The notes under the pieces: model-generated
The model's input: the letters and a program-made list of their open reading frames with translations, nothing else
Told to the model about the DNA's origin: nothing
The model's database searches: none
Position numbers and translations under genes: made by a program
Part shown: piece after piece, positions 9,691 to 18,493 of the stretch
Layout of the letters: each line of letters begins with the position of its first letter
Numbering within the stretch: position 1 is the stretch's first letter
From: Desulfatiglandales bacterium
GTDB taxonomy: Bacteria > Desulfobacterota > DSM-4660 > Desulfatiglandales > HGW-15
Assembly: GCA_963667015.2 (NCBI GenBank)
Contig: CAXXJJ010000001.1
Span: 2,780,555-2,844,554, forward strand
Direction: 5' to 3'
DNA length: 64,000 bases

Positions 9691-10935
9691 TTAATATTGT
9701 CCAAACTCCTTTGTCGCTTCCACCCACACCTTAACAAGCTCTTTGTCACAATAATCCATGGCTGATCCGGCAGCCATTATAAATCCCCCGTTTTTACCTA
9801 CAATCTCACACATCTTTTTTGTATGTTCCCGAACTTTTTCAGGTGTTCCTGCCTGGAGGAGTGAAACCGGAAAACCTCCTGTAATACACATTGTGTCACC
9901 AATTATTTCCTTGGCCTTGAACATATCGGTTTTTTCAAAAGATCCTCTCGTTTTTCCCTTTGGTAATTCCGCGAGATAGTGCAGCCTGTTATCCCAGACA
10001 CCTTCATAGAATGGTGCGGGGATCAATCCGGCATCGATCATGTCAAGCAGCAACCCCTTGAATTGCGGCCAGTAAAAGGTCTCAAACTGTTTTATGGACA
10101 TAAAACCGTCGGAACCCCTGTGAAGGGGCATCATTATAACATTACGTCCTGTCATCTCAGCGGAATGAATACATGATTTAAGTATTATTTTCCGGGCCTT
10201 TTCAATAGCTGCAAGAAGCTTGTCGGGCTGACGGTACATGTCCATCATAGATCCTCTCATTGCCCGCAGTGTATCCCCTATGAAATCAAATGGAGCCGCC
10301 GCAATCCCGGCAAAGTCCATGCCTGAAGGAAAACCGAGATCAGCCAACCGCTGTGCGTTTCTTATGGGCCGGTCTCCGGCCTCGAGCATTGATTCCGCTG
10401 CTGCAATCAGGGATTTTAATGCTGTCTGGACCTGCGGGGAGTTAAGTACTCCAATAGTAGGTAATGCCCCGTGACCCATTACTGCTGTGGCAAGGGGAGG
10501 AAGCATTGCCAGACCTTCAAGCTGACTGAAACCTCTTGGAAGAAATTTACGTATAGCAAAATCACTGGGATCATCAATGAATTCATCATACTCATCTTCC
10601 TTCAGATACTCTCCTTCCTGAAACTGGAAGGGCTGATCCTCCGGCAGGCCGTGTCCGGGCCATTTTGTCATTCTGTCTCCAAGTATCCTGTTGACCTTAC
10701 CGGGAATTGCTCCGCCTGAAATCCTGTCAGGCTGGAAATACAACGCGTATTCTTCAAGCAGTTCCTGTGTTTTATCCGGATTGCTCTCGAGTTCTGCATA
10801 GGATATCCCGCCAAGCCGCGCCAGCATGTATCCCAGACTTAGAATGATTGGCACACGATCCGGTTGTTTTAAATCATAGGCGTCCTGTATCCTTTTTGCC
10901 CTTTCTGTTCTGAGTTCTTCGGGAGATTTTGCCAT
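9691..10935 (-). CDS. Uroporphyrinogen decarboxylase (UroD/MtaA-like) superfamily protein, paralogue 1
   Basis: PDRVP, PLHRGSDGFMS...QFETFYWP, GTPEKVRE, GGFIM. Start moved to ATG 10935 (GGAGG RBS). Confidence 0.85.
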   Translation of the reverse strand: MAKSPEELRTERAKRIQDAYDLKQPDRVPIILSLGYMLARLGGISYAELESNPDKTQELLEEYALYFQPDRISGGAIPGKVNRILGDRMTKWPGHGLPEDQPFQFQEGEYLKEDEYDEFIDDPSDFAIRKFLPRGFSQLEGLAMLPPLATAVMGHGALPTIGVLNSPQVQTALKSLIAAAESMLEAGDRPIRNAQRLADLGFPSGMDFAGIAAAPFDFIGDTLRAMRGSMMDMYRQPDKLLAAIEKARKIILKSCIHSAEMTGRNVIMMPLHRGSDGFMSIKQFETFYWPQFKGLLLDMIDAGLIPAPFYEGVWDNRLHYLAELPKGKTRGSFEKTDMFKAKEIIGDTMCITGGFPVSLLQAGTPEKVREHTKKMCEIVGKNGGFIMAAGSAMDYCDKELVKVWVEATKEFGQY

Positions 10936-11078
10936 TTGATGTCCCTCCTGTTGTATAAAGTATGTTCTTATGACAAAACTAAAATATAAATAAGGATATA
11001 GTATGTCAACAATATTGATCATTAGTGGATTCTATTATAAAGAGATTGCTTATTCTACAGAGACAGGAGTCTAAAACC

Positions 11079-12308
11079 GTGGATCTTTTTCATGTCCTTG
11101 CCATAATAATAACTCTGACTGCCATATTCAGCTATGTTAATCATCGCTGTTTCAGGCTTCCTGTTACAATCGGTGTAATGACAATATCCCTTATCTTTTC
11201 TTTATTCCTCATTCTTTTAAACAGGTTAATTCCCGGACTTGACGAAAGCGCACAGTTACTGCTGGATAATATCAATTTTGATAAGACGCTTCTCCACGGA
11301 ATGCTGAGCTTTTTACTCTTTGCAGGGGCTTTAAATGTAAATCTGCAGGACCTTGCAGAACGCAAATACAGCATAACTTCTCTTGCAACAGCAGGTACGC
11401 TTATTTCCGTCATTCTTGTGGGTGTAACCTCCTGGATTTTATTGAGGCTGTTTAACGTAAATCTTTCATTTCTTTATTGCCTGCTATTCGGGGCAATAAT
11501 CTCACCAACTGATCCCATTGCTGTATTGAGCATACTTAAAACAGCCAATGCCCCGAAAAGTCTTGAGACAAAGATAACTGGAGAGTCTTTATTTAATGAC
11601 GGCATTGGTGTTGTTTTATTTTTAGTTATACTTGAAATTGTATCAGGTACCCATCATTTAAGCACAGGGCACATCCTTTCATTGATTGCACAGGAAGCCG
11701 CAGGAGGAATTTTTACCGGCCTTGTGATGGGGTATATTGCATTTCTGATGCTTAAAAGTGTTGATAACTATCAGGTTGAGATTATGATCACACTTGCTCT
11801 CACCACCGGAGGCTATGCACTTGCTGATTTTTTACATATTTCCGGCCCAATAGCCATTGTTGTTGCAGGGCTCCTTGTAGGAAATCACGGCAGATTGCTT
11901 GCCATGTCGGAAAAGACAAGGCATCATCTGGATATATTCTGGGAATTGATGGATGAGATCCTGAATGCTGTACTGTTTGTCATGATCGGTATGGAAATAC
12001 TTGTTCTAACATTTAACCGCGAATACCTGCTGCTGTGTTTTATTATAATCCCGGTTGTTCTCCTGGCACGCCTGATTTCAATATCAATACCCATAAAACT
12101 GCTTTCCCTGTTCCGAAGTTTTACCCCGGGAGTTATAAGGATAATGACCTGGGGAGGGCTCCGTGGTGGCATATCCGTTGCCCTTGCCCTCTCTCTCCCT
12201 GCATCCCCGGAACGCCAGCTTATTCTTGCGTTGACATATAGTGTTGTACTTTTTTCAATCCTGGTTCAGGGCTTGACTATTGAGAAACTGGTTAGAAAAA
12301 TTTGTTGA
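11079..12308 (+). CDS. CPA1-family Na+/H+ antiporter (NhaP-like)
   Basis: SPTDPIAV, GESLFNDG, WGGLRGGIS. GTG start at 11079 after CAGGAG. Confidence 0.92.
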   Translation: MDLFHVLAIIITLTAIFSYVNHRCFRLPVTIGVMTISLIFSLFLILLNRLIPGLDESAQLLLDNINFDKTLLHGMLSFLLFAGALNVNLQDLAERKYSITSLATAGTLISVILVGVTSWILLRLFNVNLSFLYCLLFGAIISPTDPIAVLSILKTANAPKSLETKITGESLFNDGIGVVLFLVILEIVSGTHHLSTGHILSLIAQEAAGGIFTGLVMGYIAFLMLKSVDNYQVEIMITLALTTGGYALADFLHISGPIAIVVAGLLVGNHGRLLAMSEKTRHHLDIFWELMDEILNAVLFVMIGMEILVLTFNREYLLLCFIIIPVVLLARLISISIPIKLLSLFRSFTPGVIRIMTWGGLRGGISVALALSLPASPERQLILALTYSVVLFSILVQGLTIEKLVRKIC

Positions 12309-12349
12309 ATCCTTCTTTTATTTCAGAGATTGTTGATCACCTGTATAAA

Positions 12350-13483
12350 CTAAAATCTCTCTATTAATTTATCGATAAGGAATGAACTCTCTCTCATTGC
12401 CTGTTCACTGAAAGGGCCGAACCACTCAGCTATTTCATTAAACTGTTTTTCAAATTCCTCCTTATCGCCTTTGTTCACAATTTCCATTGTTTCTGATATG
12501 GATGATAAAAACTCCTTCAGTATTTCACGTCTTTCCTGTGAGGCAAATATTATTCCCGAATAGAGGGCAGGGGCCTGGGCAAAGAGACGTCCAACCATGC
12601 CCAGTTCAAGCCTGTATATGGGGCTTGAAAATTCCAGGGAACGAAACAGATCAATATTCTTTCTGTAGAGAAATCTGCCGAATGTAAATGTGGCAAAGTG
12701 TCTGAGTGCCTGGACAACCGCCATAATCCTGTCATGCTCATCCTCATCGGACTCAACTATTATTGCCCCCCAGTCTGAGAGCTGGTCAATAATCCATTTA
12801 CATGCATCGTTATCTCTTCCCGGTGTATAGACAATTATCTGCTTATCCATGGTAGATGTTGTTGGGCCGAACAGGGGGTGAATACCTATTACAGGACCGT
12901 TATATAAATCCATCATTGCCTTCATTGGGGCCGTTTTTATACTCGTGAGGTCAGCAAGAACAGCTTTAGCAGGAAGAAACGGGCTGATTTTTTTTATGAC
13001 ATCAACGGTTTTATTAATCGGTACACTTATAAGGGCCAGATCTACTTCTTTACATAAAGACTCAACATTATCCCAGTCCCTGCTTCCAAGTATCCTTGTA
13101 TCATAACCTGATTTGTCGAACCATTCCGTAAAGTATTTTCCCATACCGCCGGTTCCGCCGACAATGAGCACTGTTGCATCCGATCTGACACCCTTTACTG
13201 ATTTTGATTCAGTCTGTTCAACACAGGACTGGTGTATTATTGTACGGAACAGTTCTTCAAGGTAATCCGGATCAAGGTTCTTTTCTTTACCCCTGTTCCT
13301 TCGTTTCGATATCATGTCTTCTTCTCTTGCCGGGCGACGCACAGGCATGTTGTTCGCTTTCTTAAACGCAATGACTTTATCGACTTCCGATTGTCTTTCC
13401 GAGAGGAGGTCTATTATCTTTGAATCGATGAGGTCTATCCTGCTTCGTGATTCAAGCAGTTCATTATTTAATTGATTATCCAT
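12350..13483 (-). CDS. tyrA: Bifunctional chorismate mutase / prephenate dehydrogenase
   Basis: N-terminal AroQ-type domain (RIDLIDSKIIDLLSER), Rossmann IVGGTGGMG, DLTSIK, HPLFGP, EHDRIMAVVQ. ATG 13483 with GAGG RBS. Confidence 0.93.
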   Translation of the reverse strand: MDNQLNNELLESRSRIDLIDSKIIDLLSERQSEVDKVIAFKKANNMPVRRPAREEDMISKRRNRGKEKNLDPDYLEELFRTIIHQSCVEQTESKSVKGVRSDATVLIVGGTGGMGKYFTEWFDKSGYDTRILGSRDWDNVESLCKEVDLALISVPINKTVDVIKKISPFLPAKAVLADLTSIKTAPMKAMMDLYNGPVIGIHPLFGPTTSTMDKQIIVYTPGRDNDACKWIIDQLSDWGAIIVESDEDEHDRIMAVVQALRHFATFTFGRFLYRKNIDLFRSLEFSSPIYRLELGMVGRLFAQAPALYSGIIFASQERREILKEFLSSISETMEIVNKGDKEEFEKQFNEIAEWFGPFSEQAMRESSFLIDKLIERF

Positions 13484-13505
13484 GGTTTCCTCTTTTTTAA
13501 GACAA

Positions 13506-14579
13506 TTAAAAGCAATACCTTGTATTTTTTTCTGAATGCTGTTCAAGATAGTTGTATGTTGAAATTATTAAATCCTCTGTCATCTCCCAGGAAATACAGG
13601 CATCGGTTATTGATACACCGTATTTCAGATCTTCCGGGTTATCTCCAACGGGCTGATTTCCCTCGTGTATATTACTTTCCAGCATAAGCCCTGTTATAGA
13701 AGCATTCCCGTCAATTCGCTGGTTTATTACATCCTGCCATACCCTGGACTGCATACTGTAATTTTTTGAGGAGTTCCCGTGTGAGCAGTCAATAATCAAG
13801 GAATCCCGCAGGTTATTTTTTTTAAGGAGTGTGATTGTGTTACTGACACTTACAGAATCATAGTTTGGGCGCATTCCTCCCCTTAAAACAACGTGTGTGT
13901 ATGGATTTCCTTTTGTCTGTACAATACTGGTCCTTCCCATACTGTCGATGCCAATAAATTTTTGAGGGTATGCCGCTGCCTTCATTCCATTGACTGCAAT
14001 CATTAGATCTCCATCAGTACCGTTTTTCAGACCAACGGGCATGGAGAGTCCGCTTACCATCTCTCTGTGTGTCTGGGATTCTGTTGTCCTTGCACCGATT
14101 GCACTCCATGATATCAGATCTGCAAAGTATTGAGGGCTTATAGTGTCCAGCATTTCAGTTGCCGCAGGAACACCGAGTTCGGTTATCTCAAGCAACAGTT
14201 GTCTTGCTGACCTCAGCCCTGATTCGATATTACATGAGCCGTCCAGGCATGGATCATTAATCAGGCCTTTCCACCCGATACTGGTTCGTGGTTTTTCAAA
14301 ATATACCCTCATGACAATAAATAAACGGGACTCAACTTTCCTGCTCAGTATTTTTAATTTTTCCGCATACTCGACAGCGGATTTTTTATCGTGTATGGAG
14401 CAGGGCCCTGCAATCACGAGCAGACGTTTATCTTTTTTATCCAGGATATCCCTGATTATTTTTCGTGAATAAGTGACAGTTTCCATGACCCGGTCAGAAA
14501 GGGGCAGTTCTCTTATCAGTGTATCAGGAGATACAACAGGGATGTATGACTCAACATAAATATCGGTTATCTTTTCCAT
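13506..14579 (-). CDS. aroF: 3-deoxy-7-phosphoheptulonate (DAHP) synthase, class I
   Basis: GPCSIHD, RVYFEKPRT, IGARTTESQ, DCSHGNS, SITDAC. The symbol aroF rather than aroG/H is inferred from linkage to tyrA. Confidence 0.9.
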   Translation of the reverse strand: MEKITDIYVESYIPVVSPDTLIRELPLSDRVMETVTYSRKIIRDILDKKDKRLLVIAGPCSIHDKKSAVEYAEKLKILSRKVESRLFIVMRVYFEKPRTSIGWKGLINDPCLDGSCNIESGLRSARQLLLEITELGVPAATEMLDTISPQYFADLISWSAIGARTTESQTHREMVSGLSMPVGLKNGTDGDLMIAVNGMKAAAYPQKFIGIDSMGRTSIVQTKGNPYTHVVLRGGMRPNYDSVSVSNTITLLKKNNLRDSLIIDCSHGNSSKNYSMQSRVWQDVINQRIDGNASITGLMLESNIHEGNQPVGDNPEDLKYGVSITDACISWEMTEDLIISTYNYLEQHSEKNTRYCF

Positions 14580-14594
14580 TAAAAAATCCTCCAT

Positions 14595-14634
14595 AAAAAT
14601 AAAAAAGCCGCAAGAAGGTTACTTCCTGCAGCTT
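14595..14634 (-). terminator. Attenuator terminator (3:4 hairpin) upstream of aroF
   Basis: Minus strand AAGCTGCAGGAAG-TAAC-CTTCTTGCGGCTT followed by TTTTATTTTT, just before the aroF RBS. Confidence 0.85.
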
Positions 14635-14664
14635 TATAAATTGTCTGATTATATAAGGATGGAA

Positions 14665-14742
14665 TCAACTGGCTGCAGGCAGACTACAGGTGTAGTAATA
14701 ATAGTAATAATACCTGTTTGTTCTGCCTGAAAAATTGCTCAT
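14665..14742 (-). CDS. Tyrosine-rich attenuator leader peptide MSNFSGRTNRYYYYYYYTCSLPAAS (25 aa)
   Basis: Hand-translated: seven consecutive TAT/TAC codons (14692-14712), AGGA RBS, overlapping alternative hairpins. Confidence 0.88.
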   Translation of the reverse strand: MSNFSGRTNRYYYYYYYTCSLPAAS

Positions 14743-14856
14743 TAATTGGTTCCTGTATTTTTTATTTTAAATATGCAAAAAAGATTAGCATAAGATTTCT
14801 ATTATTTGCAAGAAAAACATACTTATTTGATCTTTAAAATTTAGAGAGCACAGATC

Positions 14857-14883
14857 CTGCAGCCTGATCAGAAAGGCTGCAGG
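14857..14883. terminator. Stem-loop downstream of UroD-like paralogue 2
   Basis: CCTGCAGCCT...AGGCTGCAGG. Confidence 0.55.
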
Positions 14884-14903
14884 GGAAGATATTCTATTAC
14901 GGA

Positions 14904-16232
14904 TTATTTGTGATAAATACCATATTCCTTTGCTGCTTCAAGCATTGCCCGGATATTTTCAAATTTTACATCATCGGATGCCGCGCCCGGTGAGAGGATA
15001 TACCCTCCGCCTTTTCCTGCTGTTTCGATCAATGTCTTACATTGAGCCTTAACTTCATCCGGTGTTCCTGTTACCATCGTGGAAATCGGAATGTTCCCCA
15101 TTATACATGCCGTGTCGCCCAGGATCTCCTTGGCTTTCTTGATGTCTGTCTGGTCAAAATGCCATATTACCGAGGCCCTGGGAAGGTCTTTTACTATTTC
15201 CAGTCTTGAATTGTAGCCACCTTCAGCAAACAGAACAGGCACAAGCCCTTCTTCCACGCAACCATCTACAACCCGTTTGAGATACGGCCAGTAATATTTC
15301 AGGAATTGCTTTTCGGACATGAAGCCGTCTGCTCCTCTATGGAGAGGCATGTATACTGTCGGTACTCCAGTCATATCCGCTGTTTCAACTATGGAACGAA
15401 TAGCCTTTGGCATTTCCTTTTCCATATATTCAATCAGTTTTTCAGGCTGTCTGAACATATCATTTATGGTTCCTACTGTGCCTCTTAGTGCAGCACCTAT
15501 TGTATCTATCGGCACTCCACCCCGGGCAAGCACATAATAGACCGGAAGGCCCATTTCCTTACCTGTACGTTCTACCTGCATGATTACCTTTCGCCATTCT
15601 ATCTCCAGCTCTCCGGCCTTACTTAAGGTAGAAAAAACAGCCTGAATCTCCGGGTCGGCAAATGCGCCAAATCCCGCACCGAAACCACCTATTGCATTAA
15701 GTGGCGGAAGTTTTTCAAGGGGTTTTGCTATTTCATATGCACGGGGAAGAAAGGTCCTGAGATGGAAGTCAGAAGGGTTGTCAATGTAGGTATCCCATTC
15801 GTTTGCCTTTAAAAATTCAAGCTCAACGTACTGTGGTGAAAAACTGTCATGCAGTCCCTGTCCTGCCCATTTATACATCCTGGGCCTTACCAGATCCCAC
15901 AGGTAACCGCTCCTTACATTGGGAGCGGGGAATGCATCCTGTTCAACCTCCTCCATATATTTTGTCCATGCCTTAATCAGTTTTTCCGGGTCATACATTA
16001 CCTCTTTTGCCGTATAACCAGCATATCTTGCCGGGGCATGACCGCAACCTGCAAGTGTCGGAACCCTGTCAGGATTATTTAGCTTTATGGCTTCAATGAC
16101 TCTTGTAAGTCTTTCTTTGTAAAGCCTTTCTGCATCAGGATTAATAAAGTTGATACCCTCGGGGGAAAGCCAGCGTTTGAATCTTTCCTCCCTTTTTTCA
16201 TCAGGAGTCAAATCAGACCATTTCTTATCCAT
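14904..16232 (-). CDS. UroD/MtaA-like superfamily protein, paralogue 2
   Basis: PDRVP, PLHRGADGFMSEKQF...YWP, FAEGGY, GTPDEVK, GGGYIL; clearly homologous to 9691-10935. Confidence 0.85.
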   Translation of the reverse strand: MDKKWSDLTPDEKREERFKRWLSPEGINFINPDAERLYKERLTRVIEAIKLNNPDRVPTLAGCGHAPARYAGYTAKEVMYDPEKLIKAWTKYMEEVEQDAFPAPNVRSGYLWDLVRPRMYKWAGQGLHDSFSPQYVELEFLKANEWDTYIDNPSDFHLRTFLPRAYEIAKPLEKLPPLNAIGGFGAGFGAFADPEIQAVFSTLSKAGELEIEWRKVIMQVERTGKEMGLPVYYVLARGGVPIDTIGAALRGTVGTINDMFRQPEKLIEYMEKEMPKAIRSIVETADMTGVPTVYMPLHRGADGFMSEKQFLKYYWPYLKRVVDGCVEEGLVPVLFAEGGYNSRLEIVKDLPRASVIWHFDQTDIKKAKEILGDTACIMGNIPISTMVTGTPDEVKAQCKTLIETAGKGGGYILSPGAASDDVKFENIRAMLEAAKEYGIYHK

Positions 16233-16423
16233 GTTTCATCCTCCTTATCAATCTCGGTAACATAATTTCAAAAGGAACAGTAATTTTAAAAATACACAGT
16301 GAATCATTGAAACTCATTTTTTGTCAAGAAATAAACTGTATATATGAAATTTCCGGCGCTTGACATTTTTTAAATATTGATTAAAACATTATTGAGATAA
16401 ATTTAAAGGTGAACTGAAATATC

Positions 16424-16831
16424 ATGCAGGAAATAAAGGAATTTGACTTCTGGAACGACCATTCACGTAATTATCTTGAAATGGCCTATCGAACAGACAA
16501 GCAGGAAATAAAAAAGGAATATCCCTATACCGGGAAAAATATAGGAGACTGTGGCGACATTGTGGAGATGTATCTGGATATTGATGATAACAATATAATC
16601 AGTAACATCACATATAATGTAAAAGGGTGTATAAATACCAACGCCTGTGCAAACAGCATATGTTTTCTTCTTGAGGGTAAGAGTCTCGAAGCGGCCTGGG
16701 AGATTACCCCTGAGACTGTAATAGATTTTCTTGAGACATTGCCCCCTGCAAATTATCACTGCGCTGAGCTGGCTGTAGGGGCGTTATACAGGGCATTAGG
16801 TACAGTAAAACCAGATATTATGGGAAAATAG
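16424..16831 (+). CDS. NifU/IscU N-terminal-type Fe-S scaffold protein
   Basis: Three conserved Cys in GDCGD, GCINT and HCAELA. Confidence 0.88.
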   Translation: MQEIKEFDFWNDHSRNYLEMAYRTDKQEIKKEYPYTGKNIGDCGDIVEMYLDIDDNNIISNITYNVKGCINTNACANSICFLLEGKSLEAAWEITPETVIDFLETLPPANYHCAELAVGALYRALGTVKPDIMGK

Positions 16832-16833
16832 CT

Positions 16834-16965
16834 ATGGATGCAGAAAAACAGGGTTCAGGGAGTGGTAAAAGGAAAAAAAAAGAGGGCGTATTCACGCGCC
16901 TGATTAACTGGATAGCAGCAGGAGCCGCAAAAATCCCAAATGGGGGAGGGCAGTGCTCCGCCTGA
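16834..16965 (+). CDS. Small hypothetical protein (43 aa, MDAEKQGSGSGKRKKKEGVFTRLINWIAAGAAKIPNGGGQCSA)
   Basis: Hand-translated; ATG 2 nt after the nifU-like stop; basic patch, amphipathic helix and C-terminal Cys. Confidence 0.55.
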   Translation: MDAEKQGSGSGKRKKKEGVFTRLINWIAAGAAKIPNGGGQCSA

Positions 16966-17055
16966 AACGTTAAACCTTATCGTCCGCCTGTAGGGCGGAA
17001 AAAATAAAAAGGGCCCCTTTAAAAGAGACCCTTTGAAATCTGAATAAAACGGTTA

Positions 17056-18339
17056 TTATGCCTGTTCAAGCACCATGGCAATTCCCTGACCGCCACCAAT
17101 ACACAGACTTCCAAGCCCAAGCGCATCACCGTTTCTTACCATCTGGCTTATCAGCGTAACCAGTAATCTCGCACCTGAGGCTCCAATCGGGTGGCCTATT
17201 GATATACCGCTTCCAAGCACATTTACTTTATCAGGATCGCAGTTCAGATCTCTCATACACCCGATTGCCTGTGAGGCAAATGCCTCATTAAGCTCAATTG
17301 TACCAAAATCATTGATGGTAAGATTATCCTTTGCCAAAATTTTTCTAACTGCGGGAACAGGACCCAGTCCCATATATGCCGGGTCGATACCTGCAAACGC
17401 ATAGGATTTAATCTTAACGATTGGCTTTAATCCAAGTTCTTTTGCCTTGTCTGCTGACATTACAAGCATCGCGGCGGCGGCATCATTAATACCTGAGGCA
17501 TTTCCTGCTGTAATAGTACCGTCTTTTTTAAATGCAGGTCTCAATTTTGCCATTTTTTCAACGCTGGTTTCCATTGGTCTTTCATCGGTATCAAAAACAA
17601 TGGGATCGCCCTTTCTCTGGGGAATTACGACCGGGACTATCTCATCCCTGAAGAGACCCTCTGAAATTGCCTTGAGGGCCCTCTGATGGCTGAGTGCGCC
17701 GAGTTCATCCTGTTCCTGCCTGGAAATACCCATTTTTTCCGCAATGTTTTCTGCGGTTATACCCATGTGATAGCCATAAAAGATCTCAAAAAGACCGTCA
17801 AATACCATCAGGTCAACCATGTCCGCATTATTCATTCGTGCTCCCCATCTGGCTGCCGGGATTGCATAGGGGATCATGCTCATGTTTTCCATACCACCGG
17901 CAAGAATAACCTCAGCATCACCTGCCTTGATAGCCTGGGCTGCAAGTGCAACAGCCTTCATACCTGAGGCACAAACCTTATTTACGGTCATTGCAGGTGT
18001 TTCTTTTGAAATACCTGCCTTGATCATTGCTTGGCGTGCTGTATTCTGTCCTTGGCCTGCTCCTACAACATTGCCCATAATTACTTCATCAATCTGTATG
18101 GGCTGTGCAGAATCATCATAATCGTAACCCTTTTTCTCAAGGTCGATCATGCCGATGCCTTTAAGGGCATCTGGCTCAAAACTCAAAAGATTATCCGAGG
18201 CACAGGGCCTGAGATTAACCTTTTTTAATGCCTCTTTAAGAACTATTGATCCGAGATCTACTACCGGAGTGGTCTTAAGTGTACCACCAAAACTACCTAC
18301 TGCTGTTCTAACGCTGGAAACAATTACAACCTCTGTCAT
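17056..18339 (-). CDS. Acetyl-CoA C-acetyltransferase (thiolase)
   Basis: NKVCASG, NEAFA, GHPIGASG, LCIGGGQG. Confidence 0.95.
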   Translation of the reverse strand: MTEVVIVSSVRTAVGSFGGTLKTTPVVDLGSIVLKEALKKVNLRPCASDNLLSFEPDALKGIGMIDLEKKGYDYDDSAQPIQIDEVIMGNVVGAGQGQNTARQAMIKAGISKETPAMTVNKVCASGMKAVALAAQAIKAGDAEVILAGGMENMSMIPYAIPAARWGARMNNADMVDLMVFDGLFEIFYGYHMGITAENIAEKMGISRQEQDELGALSHQRALKAISEGLFRDEIVPVVIPQRKGDPIVFDTDERPMETSVEKMAKLRPAFKKDGTITAGNASGINDAAAAMLVMSADKAKELGLKPIVKIKSYAFAGIDPAYMGLGPVPAVRKILAKDNLTINDFGTIELNEAFASQAIGCMRDLNCDPDKVNVLGSGISIGHPIGASGARLLVTLISQMVRNGDALGLGSLCIGGGQGIAMVLEQA

Positions 18340-18416
18340 TTGTGTAATCTCCTTTTGCTGTTTTTAAAATTTCATCAGTATAGGTAATTCAAAATTTTGT
18401 GTCAATGGGAATAAAA

Positions 18417-18493
18417 ACGGTTAAAGGTACAAGGTTTACAGGTAGCCTGTATCTATTTTCAGCTGTATACCTCACACCTCATACCTTAAACCG
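18417..18493. repeat. Heptamer-periodic inverted repeat, same family as 9617-9686
   Basis: ACGGTTA AAGGTAC AAGGTTT ... ATACCTC ACACCTC ATACCTT AAACCG. Confidence 0.6.
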
